From an uncultured Sphingobacteriales bacterium (GTDB lineage Bacteria; Bacteroidota; Bacteroidia; CAILMK01; CAYYUA01), in the NCBI GenBank assembly GCA_964474835.1, contig CAYYUA010000002.1, positions 24,490 through 88,489 of the forward strand: a stretch of 64,000 nucleotides of DNA, given 5' to 3'. The notes beneath the pieces were generated by a model, which was not told the origin of the DNA, ran no database searches, and saw only the letters and a program-made list of their open reading frames with translations. The first letter of the stretch is position 1. Each line of letters opens with the position of its first letter. Below are positions 10,801-19,153 of this stretch, piece after piece. A program made the position numbers and the translations under genes.

Positions 10801-11457
10801 TCTAATGAAAACCAGCAAGCATCCCTGATCGAAGCCGGGCAGCCGAACCTTCGGACGCCTTTCCCGCTGAGTACGGACGTCCGGCACAACTTCCAGGGTA
10901 TCCTGGACTACCGCTTCCGCTCAGGAGCCAATTACAACGGGCCAGTAACCGGAAACGGAACCCAGCTTCTCAAGAATGTTGGTATTAACCTCCGGCTGAG
11001 CGCTCAGTCCGGTCAGCCCTACTCAGCCCAATCCAATGTCACACAGGCGGTATCAATAGGCATCAGGCAGCGTGGCCTTCTGGATGGCGATATCAACGGT
11101 GCGCGGCTACCGTGGACGTATACCGCAAACCTGCGTATTGATAAGCGCATCCCGGTCAACTGGGGCGGAAAGGATGACAAGTCCGGAAGGGCTGCCAGAG
11201 GAGGCGGTCCGCAGGACAATATCAATATTTACCTGCGTATCGATAATCTGCTTAACACTCGCAACGTTCAGAGTGTCTATGATTACACCGGCTCAGCTGA
11301 TGATGATGGGTTCCTGACCTCTGCCCAGGGTCAGCAGGCAATCAGTGAGGCCCTGAGCCAGCAAGCCTTCAGGGACCAGTACCGCGCTAAGGTTACGAAT
11401 CCATTCAACTACGGCCGTCCACGGATTATACGGCTGGGCGCCCGGTTCAATTTCTAA
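7816..11457 (+). CDS. Giant TonB-dependent-receptor-like outer-membrane protein with an N-terminal carboxypeptidase-regulatory-like domain
   Basis: Signal peptide MVRKLLGFLITLIFTTSVAVGQ. A CarboxypepD_reg-like segment (LQGTVTDEKTGEPVIGVNVTI...GKYDVTYS) is followed by a plug-like segment (SIQGQRSEGTVIKVDGVRV...GDATGGVISITTKG). A long barrel ends in the aromatic terminus RLGARFNF. The track ORF starts at TTG 7783; I prefer ATG 7816. Confidence 0.8.
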   Translation: MVRKLLGFLITLIFTTSVAVGQSQYGRLQGTVTDEKTGEPVIGVNVTINVSGSTKGSVTSDGGEYEIAAIPPGKYDVTYSDVRYGRKILKDVEIGEGRTTVKDVALSSDEKTLDIVDVQAHRGLFKKDKTTGSRNIDSETISKMPTKSINDVVSLNTNISTKAGGLSIQGQRSEGTVIKVDGVRVRNLRSVPQRSIQSINTITSGIPAKHGDATGGVISITTKGASPTYNGSIELLSSQFLDGYGFNEVEGNVSGPIYKKFKGTDSSTTKIGFQFGGAITYQDENRPTVEDYQVVKDDALEELRERPLVRDPTAEGFRRNASFITDDDIKNVSNRPNVDRFNTNMTGKLTYNVSEQIDLIAGGQFGYVDRPDFNRTDAMFNYNNYPQFEETSWRTYLRLTQSFANDEDQSGISNVFYSIQLAYSEDDRKIANDKFGDDHFKYGYYGEYDRKRAPNYQFETDSVNGVEEEAFFQQGFRDTAVDFTPAAINDVPSNYTEQLYDFTDGDVQTLQDIAGQGGLRNGDAPQFVYNLWNNVGNTPGSYFQDERQTFRASADGSFDIGEHTISLGVQYEQIVRRAYSLASRSLWTIGRQSVNSHIRQLDTDNPQPVFRDGTFTDTVRFQRLEAGEQTTFDKRLREQEDIGPKEFINIDEYRPEDLSIGLFGADELLNQASVTYYGYDHKGNETSGDPSIQDFLNNPSSRPMGAYNPNYTSGYIQDKFQVKDLFFRVGVRVDRFDANQVVPKDIYSLFPTKKVGGVEGERNPAGEHPGNLSDQAVVYVDDAFATDPDIVGYREGDNWFNASGESVQNPNTIALETRSGEIEPFLADGVDEDANLDPAGFEEYEPQVTVMPRISFSFPISQEARFQASYDVLTQRPKNRIQTTLDDFYYLQNRSNQTINNPNLQPERSNKFTLGFKQRLTRKSSLELKGFYTETRNLIQQQQINQAYPSSYRTYRNIDFATTKGLTAIYDIRSTKRSPVSFKASYTLQFADGTGSNENQQASLIEAGQPNLRTPFPLSTDVRHNFQGILDYRFRSGANYNGPVTGNGTQLLKNVGINLRLSAQSGQPYSAQSNVTQAVSIGIRQRGLLDGDINGARLPWTYTANLRIDKRIPVNWGGKDDKSGRAARGGGPQDNINIYLRIDNLLNTRNVQSVYDYTGSADDDGFLTSAQGQQAISEALSQQAFRDQYRAKVTNPFNYGRPRIIRLGARFNF

Positions 11458-11496
11458 GGGCTAATTAAAAGACTTATTCAGATAAAATCAGGACTT

Positions 11497-14400
11497 ATGA
11501 GCTATACAAGATTTTTAGCATTAGGATTTGTGGCCTTTCTGGTGCTGCAGGGCCTTTCAGCTAATGCCAAGGAAAATGTGGGAGAGGAAGAGCGCACCCA
11601 GAAGCGGGAAAAACAGCAACTGGCAGCAGGGTGTGAGCCGCCAACAGCTGCGGTATTTCTGGACGTCAATAACGTGCGCGCCCGCATTATGAACGGGGGA
11701 GACATGTGGTGGGACCTTACCAGCAATGCCCGCTACATTGTACCGAACCGGTCAGAGCCGCCTTTCAATACCTCCCTGTTTGCTGGTTCTCTGTGGATCG
11801 GGGGTTTTGATCAGGGTGGCAACCTGCGGGAAGCAGCCATGACCTATCGCCAGCAACAGAGCTACGACTACTGGCCGGGTCCTCTGGATACCACCGATGC
11901 TTCGGTCTCCAGTGAGGTTTGCAACAACTACGATAAGATATGGAAGGTTAACCGGGACGATATTGAGGCCATTGAGGAAGGTGAAACAGATAACATACCG
12001 GATGATATCCAGAACTGGCCAACCAGGGGTGACCTTAGCAAAGGGCAGTCCCGTTACATAGCTCCTTTCAAGGATAATGACAATGATGGGGTTTATAACC
12101 CCGAACGGGGGGATGTACCCGATATCCCCGGTGACCAGGCACTTTTTTACGTTTACAACGACAAGGGCAATATCCACTCTGAAACCCAGGCGCCCGCTAT
12201 TGGGATGGAAATCCAGACTACAGCTTTTGCCTTTAGCACGAATGACCAGGTAAACAATCAGACTTTTTACAGGCACAAATTGGTAAATCGCTCCAGCAAC
12301 CGCCTGGATAGCATGTTCTTCGGGCAATGGGTGGATCCCGACCTTGGGTTTGCCTTTGATGACTACGTGGCCTGCGATACTTCCCGCGACTTAGGGATCT
12401 GCTACAATGGCGATAACTTTGACGAAGGAAGTCAGGGATACGGGCAGAATCCGCCCTCTGTAGGGGTTGATTTCTTCGAAGGGCCCCGAACCCAGGATGG
12501 CAAGACCCTGGGAATGCGGTACTTTGTCTACTACAACAACGACTTTTCCCCCAGCGGTAATCCTTCGGAAGCCCCGCACTATTACAATTACCTGACCGGC
12601 ACGTGGAAAGATGGCCAGCCTATTACCGAGGGGGCGAACGGCCGTAATCAGAGCAATCCGGAAACCAGGTACATGTTCCCGGGCGATCCGGCTGAGCAGG
12701 AAGGCTGGACTGAGGGAACCGCAGGCAATGAGCCCGGCGACAGACGCTTTATCCAGTCTTCCGGACCCTTTACCCTGATGCCGGGAGCTGTTAATACAGT
12801 GACCGTGGGAGTGGTCTGGGCCAAAGCCACCTCAGGGGGTAATATCGGTTCTCTGGACCTGCTCCGCCTTGCTGATGACCGGGCCCAGCAGCTCTACAAC
12901 AATGATTTTGATATCCTGAATGGTCCACCCTCACCCACCGTCAAAACCCAGGAGCTGAACAGGAAAATCATCGTTTCGCTAAAGGAAACCCAGGAAACCG
13001 AAAATTATTTTGACCGCGCTCTTGCGGAAAAACGTACTGATACCATTGAGTACCAGTTTGAAGGCTATAAGCTGCTCCAGCTCGAAAACGCGGATGTTTC
13101 GCCCTCCCAGTTTGACAATGATGAGCTGGCTCGCCAGGTCAGGCAAGTGGATGTGCAGAACCAGATCAGCACGCTAGTCAACCAGGAGTTTAAGCCTCAG
13201 GTGAATGAGTTCCAGTCCTCCTTGGAAGTGCAGGGCAACAATGAAGGGATCACTCACAATTTTGAGATCAATACTGATGTTTTCGCTTCTGACGATGAAG
13301 AATTGGTTAACAACAAGGAGTACCACTTTGCCCTGGTGACCTATGCAGCCGCTAACCCCAGTGACAGCACCTCGGCCAATGCCGACCGCCAATACCTTGA
13401 AGGCCGAGATCCAATCAAGTTCTCTGTAGTACCTCACAAGGTCATTGCGGAGAAAGGTGGCGTTGTTCAGCAGGCTTCGTTCGGGGATCAGCCACGCCTG
13501 ACCCGGATCGAAGGCGCTGGAAACGGTGGGATGCGGCTTGATCTTACAGAAAAAACAGAGCAGGAGATCGTGGAAAACGGATCCGTACCCAATCCTACCT
13601 ACAAGGTCAATAGTGGGCCGGTTGACCTGTTTGTCCATGATCCGCTGAATGTGCCACAGGGAAACTTCATGTTTCAGCTGAATGACACCACGGTGGCCGG
13701 AACACAGGGAGAAACGGTAAGCAACAGCACTACCTGGACGCTTACACGCTTAGGCCCTGAGGGTAACCCCCAAACGAAGATCAATGCTAACCGGCCACTG
13801 ATTGCAGAAAATGAACAGGTGGTGGACCAGTACGGCATTTCCGTCAACCTTGAAAAGACCTTCGGGCCTTCTCTGGATACGGTGGTTGACTCCCTGGGCT
13901 TGCAGGGCGCTGAGATCACTTACGAAGATGAAGGAGCCAGATGGCTAACCGGGGTAGAAGATGATGACCGCAGGAACCCTTTTATTGACCCTGAGGACTG
14001 GATTCGCTCAGGTGGGCAGGGAAACCCAAGAGCCAGCGATGACCACAATACTAACCTAGCAGATGCCAGTGTAGGAGCAGATTTTATCGATCCGCAACAG
14101 GTTTACGAAAACTTGCTTGGGGGTATTGTGGCGCCATACGGCCTGACTGCCATCAGCTCTGGTGTTCCGTCTTCAGAGCTCCCAACCTATGGCCCGGCTT
14201 ATCCAAGTGCGCTCAATCGTGACAACGGCACCATTGAAAACCTGAATAGCGTTGATCTGGTGTTTACAGATGATAAGAGCAAGTGGACGCAATGTGTAGT
14301 AATTGAGATGAACCCGGATGGCAGCCTTGCTGAAGGAGACGCTGAAAAGTTCGGGCTGCGGGATCATGGTTCCTGGCTGGACCCGAATGCCATCGAAGAT

Positions 14401-15321
14401 GGTGAGCCCCAGTATGTGGATAAGAGCGAGGATAAAGGACGCTCCTGGTTCCCCGGCTATGCCATTAACCTGGAAACCGGCAAGCGCTTGAATATCATCT
14501 TCGGGGAAGATTCGTGGTTATCAGGTGAGAATGGGGACGATATGCTCTGGAACCCTACCAGCAATCAGATTAACGATGCAGCCAGCGGGGGTGACTTTGA
14601 CCGGTATCCTTTAGCCGGTAAGCACTACATTTACGTGATGGGAGAGGAAACCAGTAACACCCTGGCACAAGATCCTGACGCTGTTTCTGCTGTTTACGAT
14701 AGTGGCAAAACGTATCAGCGGGTTCTAAGTGAAAATAACATTAGCAGCTTCTCGGTGGATGCCATGTATGGGGCTGGCATGTGGGTAATGGTACCCGCAC
14801 TGCGGGAAGGTTTTGAGTACAAGTCGCTCGAAGAAGGCCTTATTCCCACTGAAACCAAGGTCTCCCTGAGGGTGGACGTCCCGTACGAAACGGATAGCAC
14901 ATCCATCAGTAGCGAGAACGGCAATGTTCCCATGTACTCCTTCAACACCAACGGCTTAGCAACCCGGATAAATGAAGACATGGGCAAGACAGCGCTAGAT
15001 AACGTCCGGGCGGTGCCAAACCCGTATTATGCAGCCTCCGGATATGAGCGGAGCCAGCTGGATAACCGGGTGCGGATCACGAACCTGCCCCAGCAGTGTG
15101 AAATCTCGATCTACACCCTGGATGGTAAACTCGTGCGGCAGTTTAACAAGGATCAGACTGAGGAAAACCACCAGACCTACCTGGACTGGAACCTGCGGAA
15201 CGGAGAGCGCGTGCCCATCGGAAGCGGTGTTTACCTCATTCATGTAGATGCAGGCAGGTTAGGCTCTACCACTGTGAAGTGGTTCGGCATCCGCAGGCCA
15301 CTTGACCTCGATACCTTTTAA
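11497..15321 (+). CDS. Large secreted protein of unknown function with a T9SS-like C-terminal sorting domain
   Basis: 1274 aa with signal peptide MSYTRFLALGFVAFLVLQGLSANA. The last ~95 aa (AVPNPYYAAS...CEISIYTLDGKLVRQF...SGVYLIHVDAG...VKWFGI) resemble a type-A T9SS CTD beta-sandwich. I recognised no catalytic motif. Confidence 0.6.
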   Translation: MSYTRFLALGFVAFLVLQGLSANAKENVGEEERTQKREKQQLAAGCEPPTAAVFLDVNNVRARIMNGGDMWWDLTSNARYIVPNRSEPPFNTSLFAGSLWIGGFDQGGNLREAAMTYRQQQSYDYWPGPLDTTDASVSSEVCNNYDKIWKVNRDDIEAIEEGETDNIPDDIQNWPTRGDLSKGQSRYIAPFKDNDNDGVYNPERGDVPDIPGDQALFYVYNDKGNIHSETQAPAIGMEIQTTAFAFSTNDQVNNQTFYRHKLVNRSSNRLDSMFFGQWVDPDLGFAFDDYVACDTSRDLGICYNGDNFDEGSQGYGQNPPSVGVDFFEGPRTQDGKTLGMRYFVYYNNDFSPSGNPSEAPHYYNYLTGTWKDGQPITEGANGRNQSNPETRYMFPGDPAEQEGWTEGTAGNEPGDRRFIQSSGPFTLMPGAVNTVTVGVVWAKATSGGNIGSLDLLRLADDRAQQLYNNDFDILNGPPSPTVKTQELNRKIIVSLKETQETENYFDRALAEKRTDTIEYQFEGYKLLQLENADVSPSQFDNDELARQVRQVDVQNQISTLVNQEFKPQVNEFQSSLEVQGNNEGITHNFEINTDVFASDDEELVNNKEYHFALVTYAAANPSDSTSANADRQYLEGRDPIKFSVVPHKVIAEKGGVVQQASFGDQPRLTRIEGAGNGGMRLDLTEKTEQEIVENGSVPNPTYKVNSGPVDLFVHDPLNVPQGNFMFQLNDTTVAGTQGETVSNSTTWTLTRLGPEGNPQTKINANRPLIAENEQVVDQYGISVNLEKTFGPSLDTVVDSLGLQGAEITYEDEGARWLTGVEDDDRRNPFIDPEDWIRSGGQGNPRASDDHNTNLADASVGADFIDPQQVYENLLGGIVAPYGLTAISSGVPSSELPTYGPAYPSALNRDNGTIENLNSVDLVFTDDKSKWTQCVVIEMNPDGSLAEGDAEKFGLRDHGSWLDPNAIEDGEPQYVDKSEDKGRSWFPGYAINLETGKRLNIIFGEDSWLSGENGDDMLWNPTSNQINDAASGGDFDRYPLAGKHYIYVMGEETSNTLAQDPDAVSAVYDSGKTYQRVLSENNISSFSVDAMYGAGMWVMVPALREGFEYKSLEEGLIPTETKVSLRVDVPYETDSTSISSENGNVPMYSFNTNGLATRINEDMGKTALDNVRAVPNPYYAASGYERSQLDNRVRITNLPQQCEISIYTLDGKLVRQFNKDQTEENHQTYLDWNLRNGERVPIGSGVYLIHVDAGRLGSTTVKWFGIRRPLDLDTF

Positions 15322-15343
15322 CCAAGCCTAAAACCAAACAGCA

Positions 15344-16441
15344 ATGAAACGAACGCTGGTATTAGCAGTCTTTTTCCTGGCTTCCTTAACCTTGTCTAAC
15401 CTGAAGGCCGGGAATCCAGACCGGGTGGGGCAATCCGGTGCCTACGAATTGCTTATCAACCCGTGGCCGGCTACTACTGGTATGCATGGGGCCAACATGG
15501 CCAAGATCGGTGGGCTGGAAGCTATTCGTAACAATGTTGCAGGCTTGGTGAACACCCGCAACCTTGAGTTTACGGCATCCAGGTCCAAGTACCTGCTGGG
15601 AACCGGCATCAACATGAATGCTTTTGGCTTTTCCAAGACGCTCGGGGAGCGTAACACCAATGCGATAGCGGTCTCTGTTACTTCGTTTAACATTGGAGAC
15701 GTTGAGCGCACCACCGTCAGGCAGCCGGAAGGCGGGCTTGGTACCTTTACGCCAAGCATCGTTAATGTATCGGCAGGATATGCTAAGCGCTTTTCCAATG
15801 CCATCAAAGGTGGGGTTGCCTTCCGCTTCATTTCCGAGTCCCTGGCTGATGTATCGGCTACCGGTGTAGCAGTGAATGCCGGAATTCAGTATTCTACAAA
15901 CCTCTCGGGCGGGGAGTCTAAGAACTCACACTTTGGCATTGCCCTGCGCAACGTTGGAACCCCGATGCAATTTTCCGGTGGTGGGCTGAATAACCGCGCA
16001 ACCCTCCAGAATTCTGATTTCCCGCAAACCGTCCGCCTGCGTTCCAACTCCTTCGAGCTGCCCTCATTGCTGTCTATCTCACTGGCTCAGGATATTCCGT
16101 TCGGTAAGGAGGACGCTCAGGAAGTGTCCCTGGCTGCTAAGTTCATCTCCAATTCCTTCACCCGTAACCAGTACACCTTCGGTGCTGAGTACAGTATTTC
16201 TGATGTGATCGATCTTCGTGGTGGTTTCCTTTACGAAGCGGATATTTTTAGCGAGGAGGCTAACACAACAGTCTACACAGGCCCCTCAGCCGGTTTTTCG
16301 GTCAATGTTCCGTTTGGAGAGGAAAAAGAGCTGGAAGGCCGGGATATTACCTATCGGAACCAATTTTCGTTTGATTACTCTTACCGGGCAACCCGCAACT
16401 TTGATGGGGTTCATTCGCTGGGCGTAACGCTGAACCTCTGA
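15344..16441 (+). CDS. PorV/PorQ-like (FadL-like) outer-membrane beta-barrel protein
   Basis: 365 aa with a signal peptide. The N-terminal GQSGAYELLINPWPATTGMHGANMA...NVAGL block resembles the PorV/PorQ family signature. It has an alternating beta-strand pattern and an aromatic-rich C-terminus. Confidence 0.6.
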   Translation: MKRTLVLAVFFLASLTLSNLKAGNPDRVGQSGAYELLINPWPATTGMHGANMAKIGGLEAIRNNVAGLVNTRNLEFTASRSKYLLGTGINMNAFGFSKTLGERNTNAIAVSVTSFNIGDVERTTVRQPEGGLGTFTPSIVNVSAGYAKRFSNAIKGGVAFRFISESLADVSATGVAVNAGIQYSTNLSGGESKNSHFGIALRNVGTPMQFSGGGLNNRATLQNSDFPQTVRLRSNSFELPSLLSISLAQDIPFGKEDAQEVSLAAKFISNSFTRNQYTFGAEYSISDVIDLRGGFLYEADIFSEEANTTVYTGPSAGFSVNVPFGEEKELEGRDITYRNQFSFDYSYRATRNFDGVHSLGVTLNL

Positions 16442-16470
16442 TTCAAAAAATTAATTCTAACTTGATAGAG

Positions 16471-16506
16471 GCGTTCTGATCATACTGGTCAGAACGCTTT
16501 TATTTA
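16471..16506 (+). terminator. Rho-independent terminator after the outer-membrane trio
   Basis: GCGTTCTGATCA-tac-TGGTCAGAACGC forms a ~12-bp stem (one G-U pair), followed by TTTTATTT. Confidence 0.8.
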
Positions 16507-16556
16507 CGGCTTTTTTTGCTAACATACAGCCTTAAAAAGCAAAAACATAGCGTTCT

Positions 16557-17027
16557 ATGGCAGAATACTTTTCAAAAGAGGGATTACAAAAGCTAAAGGA
16601 AGAGCTGGATTACCTGAAGGGTAAGGAGCGAAAGCGGATTTCTGATGAGATAGCAGAGGCTGCTTCCAAAGGAGACCTGAGTGAAAATGCCGAGTATGAA
16701 GCTGCTAAGGAGGAGCAAAAGAAACTGGAAGCTCGGATTGCAGAACTCGAGAAAACCTACGGCAATGCCAAGGTCGTGGATGAGGACAACCTGGATACCT
16801 CTAAGGTGAATGCCCTGTCGACCGTGTATATCAAAAATCATAACCGCAATAAAGAAACAAAGTACAAGCTGGTAGCCGAAAAAGAGGCCAATCTAAAAGA
16901 GGGCAAGATCTCCACCTCTTCTCCCATTGGAGAGGCTCTGATGGGTAAGCAGGTTGGCGATATCGTGGAAGTGGATGTTCCTGCTGGCACCCTTAAGCTT
17001 GAGATTCTGGACATTACCCGTGAATAA
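16557..17027 (+). CDS. greA: Transcription elongation factor GreA
   Basis: 156 aa with an N-terminal coiled coil containing the GDLSENAEYEAAKEEQ motif and a C-terminal FKBP-like domain. Confidence 0.95.
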   Translation: MAEYFSKEGLQKLKEELDYLKGKERKRISDEIAEAASKGDLSENAEYEAAKEEQKKLEARIAELEKTYGNAKVVDEDNLDTSKVNALSTVYIKNHNRNKETKYKLVAEKEANLKEGKISTSSPIGEALMGKQVGDIVEVDVPAGTLKLEILDITRE

Positions 17028-17059
17028 CCCGTAGCCTGAATACCTGAACTTGTGTAGCA

Positions 17060-17467
17060 ATGGCCACTTTGTTCACTAAGATCCTGAAGGGTGAAATTCC
17101 TTCTTACCCTATTGCCGAAGACGAGCACTACTATGCCTTTCTGGACATCAATCCATTGACAAGGGGGCACACGCTGGTCATCCCAAAGGTGGAAGTGGAC
17201 TATCTATTTGACCTTGAGGATGCATGGCTGCGTAACATGAGCGTCTTTGCTAAGCACGTAGCCAGAGGCATCGACTCGGTAATTACCTGTGAACGGGTGG
17301 GGGTTGCCGTGCTTGGTATGGAAATACCGCACGCTCATATTCATCTGATCCCTATCCAGCATGAGGGGGATATAGATTTTAAGAAGCCCAAGCTTCAGCT
17401 AACGGAGGAAGCATTCCAGCAAACAGCATCAGCTATCCGTTCGGCTGTTAAGCTACCGTATCAATAG
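17060..17467 (+). CDS. HIT-family nucleotide hydrolase
   Basis: 135 aa with INPLTRGHTLVIPK and the histidine triad HAHIHLIP. Confidence 0.9.
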   Translation: MATLFTKILKGEIPSYPIAEDEHYYAFLDINPLTRGHTLVIPKVEVDYLFDLEDAWLRNMSVFAKHVARGIDSVITCERVGVAVLGMEIPHAHIHLIPIQHEGDIDFKKPKLQLTEEAFQQTASAIRSAVKLPYQ

Positions 17468-17475
17468 CATCAGCC

Positions 17476-18036
17476 TTACCCGAGCCGGTCAGGGTTGTTG
17501 TTGACAAACGATTCCCACGAATTATAACGCTGAGTGCCGCCTTTTTGCGCTTTACCGCCCCGGTAATAGTGACACAAGGCAGCGGCCAGGCCATCGGTGG
17601 CATCCAGGTAATCGGGTAAGGAGGGCGTGCCCAACAGCTGGCTGAGCATACCAGCGACCTGCTCCTTTGAGGCGCTTCCGTTTCCGGTGATAGATTGCTT
17701 AATGCGTTTGGGCGCATACTCGAAAATAGGGACGTCCCGGTAAAGCCCTGCAGCCATTGCTACGCCCTGCGCCCTGCCAAGCTTCAGCATAGACTGCACA
17801 TTGTTCCCATAAAACGGGGCCTCTATTGCCAGTTCATCCGGGAGGTAACTCTCCACCAGGTTCAGCGAGCGCTCGAAAGCTTTCCGCAGCTTCACCATGT
17901 TGTCCTGATACTTCTGCAGATTGATTACCCCGTGCGTGACCACGAAGGCGTGTTTACCCTCAATCCCCACGAGGCCATACCCCATAACAGCCGTTCCGGG
18001 GTCTACCCCGAGTATCAGACGCTCTGCATTACTCAT
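17476..18036 (-). CDS. ruvC: Holliday junction resolvase RuvC
   Basis: 186 aa with the ILGVDPGTAVMGYG N-terminal catalytic Asp block and the later DATDGLAAALCH block. Confidence 0.93.
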   Translation of the reverse strand: MSNAERLILGVDPGTAVMGYGLVGIEGKHAFVVTHGVINLQKYQDNMVKLRKAFERSLNLVESYLPDELAIEAPFYGNNVQSMLKLGRAQGVAMAAGLYRDVPIFEYAPKRIKQSITGNGSASKEQVAGMLSQLLGTPSLPDYLDATDGLAAALCHYYRGGKAQKGGTQRYNSWESFVNNNPDRLG

Positions 18037-18094
18037 AGCCTCACCTTGGTTAACTGCCCAAAAATAGCACTTTTGGTTAGATTCGATTCTGAAA

Positions 18095-19153
18095 TTGCGC
18101 TTAAAAACCAGTAAAGCAGGTGCCTTGCGTACAGATAGGCAAGCAGCGTACGGAGCCCGGCTCAGAGCCCTGTGGTATCAATACGGTAAGGGCGTCATGT
18201 ATGTGCTCAGGGCTGCTGTTCTGATAGGGGCGCTGGGTTACCTGTACCAGGTCCTTTTTTACAGTCAGGATTTTGATGCCCTGGTTGAAAAGGTAAAGCA
18301 GCTTCAGGGCACGCGTTATCTTATGCTTCCGCTGGTTAGTGCCCTTATGGTGGCCAACTGGGGCTTTGAGGCTTTCAAGTGGCAGTACCTCCTGAAGGCT
18401 GTTTACCCAGTTAGCCGTGGAACCGCCTTCAAGGCTGTGCTCAGCGGGGTAAGCGTTAGTGCACTACTGCCTAACCGGGTTGCGGAATACCTTGGGCGGA
18501 TCTTTTACATCCCGGCCTATTGTCGTATCAAGGCCATCATAGTAACCATCGTGGGGAGCATGGCTCAACTGTTGGTAAGCATCGTTCTGGGAAGCCTTGC
18601 TTTTATTGCTTACCAGTACTATCCATTTGAGGCAGCTCCACTTAACCTTTACATCCTGTTAGTGCTTATCCTGCTGCTGAATATCATGCTGCTGATGGGG
18701 TATTTCAATATCCCGTTGATTGTGGCCAATATTCCCGATCAGGGTTACTTCCGGAAAGTGGCGCAGTACCTCCGGCTGGTTACGGTGTATCATCCGTACA
18801 GCCTCTGGAAAGTGCTGCAGTGGGCAGGGCTCCGCTATGCTGTGTTTGCCGGGCAGTTTTACCTGCTCCTCTATACCTTTCAGGTTCCTGTTTCCCTTAT
18901 GGAAGGTGCTATTGCCCTGCCAGTGGTGTTTCTGGCTCAGACGCTTATTCCCACCATTGCCCTGGCTGAGGTCGGGATCCGCGGAGCTACAGCCGTTCAT
19001 TTCATAGGCATTTTCGGGGGGAGCGAGGTTGGTATTCTGGCGGCTACGTACTCACTCTGGCTCATCAATATTCTGCTGCCGGCACTGCTCGGGGCGCTAT
19101 TCATGGTATTCACTCACAATCCGGAAACACAAGCAGCCAGTGACCATACTTAA
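18095..19153 (+). CDS. Flippase-like / lysylphosphatidylglycerol-synthase-TM-like (UPF0104) integral membrane protein
   Basis: 352 aa, ~8 predicted TM helices and no soluble domain. The composition and layout resemble MprF-TM/UPF0104 proteins that commonly pair with GT2 enzymes. The start is uncertain (TTG 18095 or ATG 18197). Confidence 0.6.
   Translation: MRLKTSKAGALRTDRQAAYGARLRALWYQYGKGVMYVLRAAVLIGALGYLYQVLFYSQDFDALVEKVKQLQGTRYLMLPLVSALMVANWGFEAFKWQYLLKAVYPVSRGTAFKAVLSGVSVSALLPNRVAEYLGRIFYIPAYCRIKAIIVTIVGSMAQLLVSIVLGSLAFIAYQYYPFEAAPLNLYILLVLILLLNIMLLMGYFNIPLIVANIPDQGYFRKVAQYLRLVTVYHPYSLWKVLQWAGLRYAVFAGQFYLLLYTFQVPVSLMEGAIALPVVFLAQTLIPTIALAEVGIRGATAVHFIGIFGGSEVGILAATYSLWLINILLPALLGALFMVFTHNPETQAASDHT

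Noticed and set aside
19029-19139. Upstream TTG start for the GT2 gene as given in the ORF track.
   Set aside because: It would overlap the preceding membrane-protein gene by 125 nt and add a Cys/Arg/Ser-rich non-membrane peptide. GTG 19140 starts right at the first TM helix.
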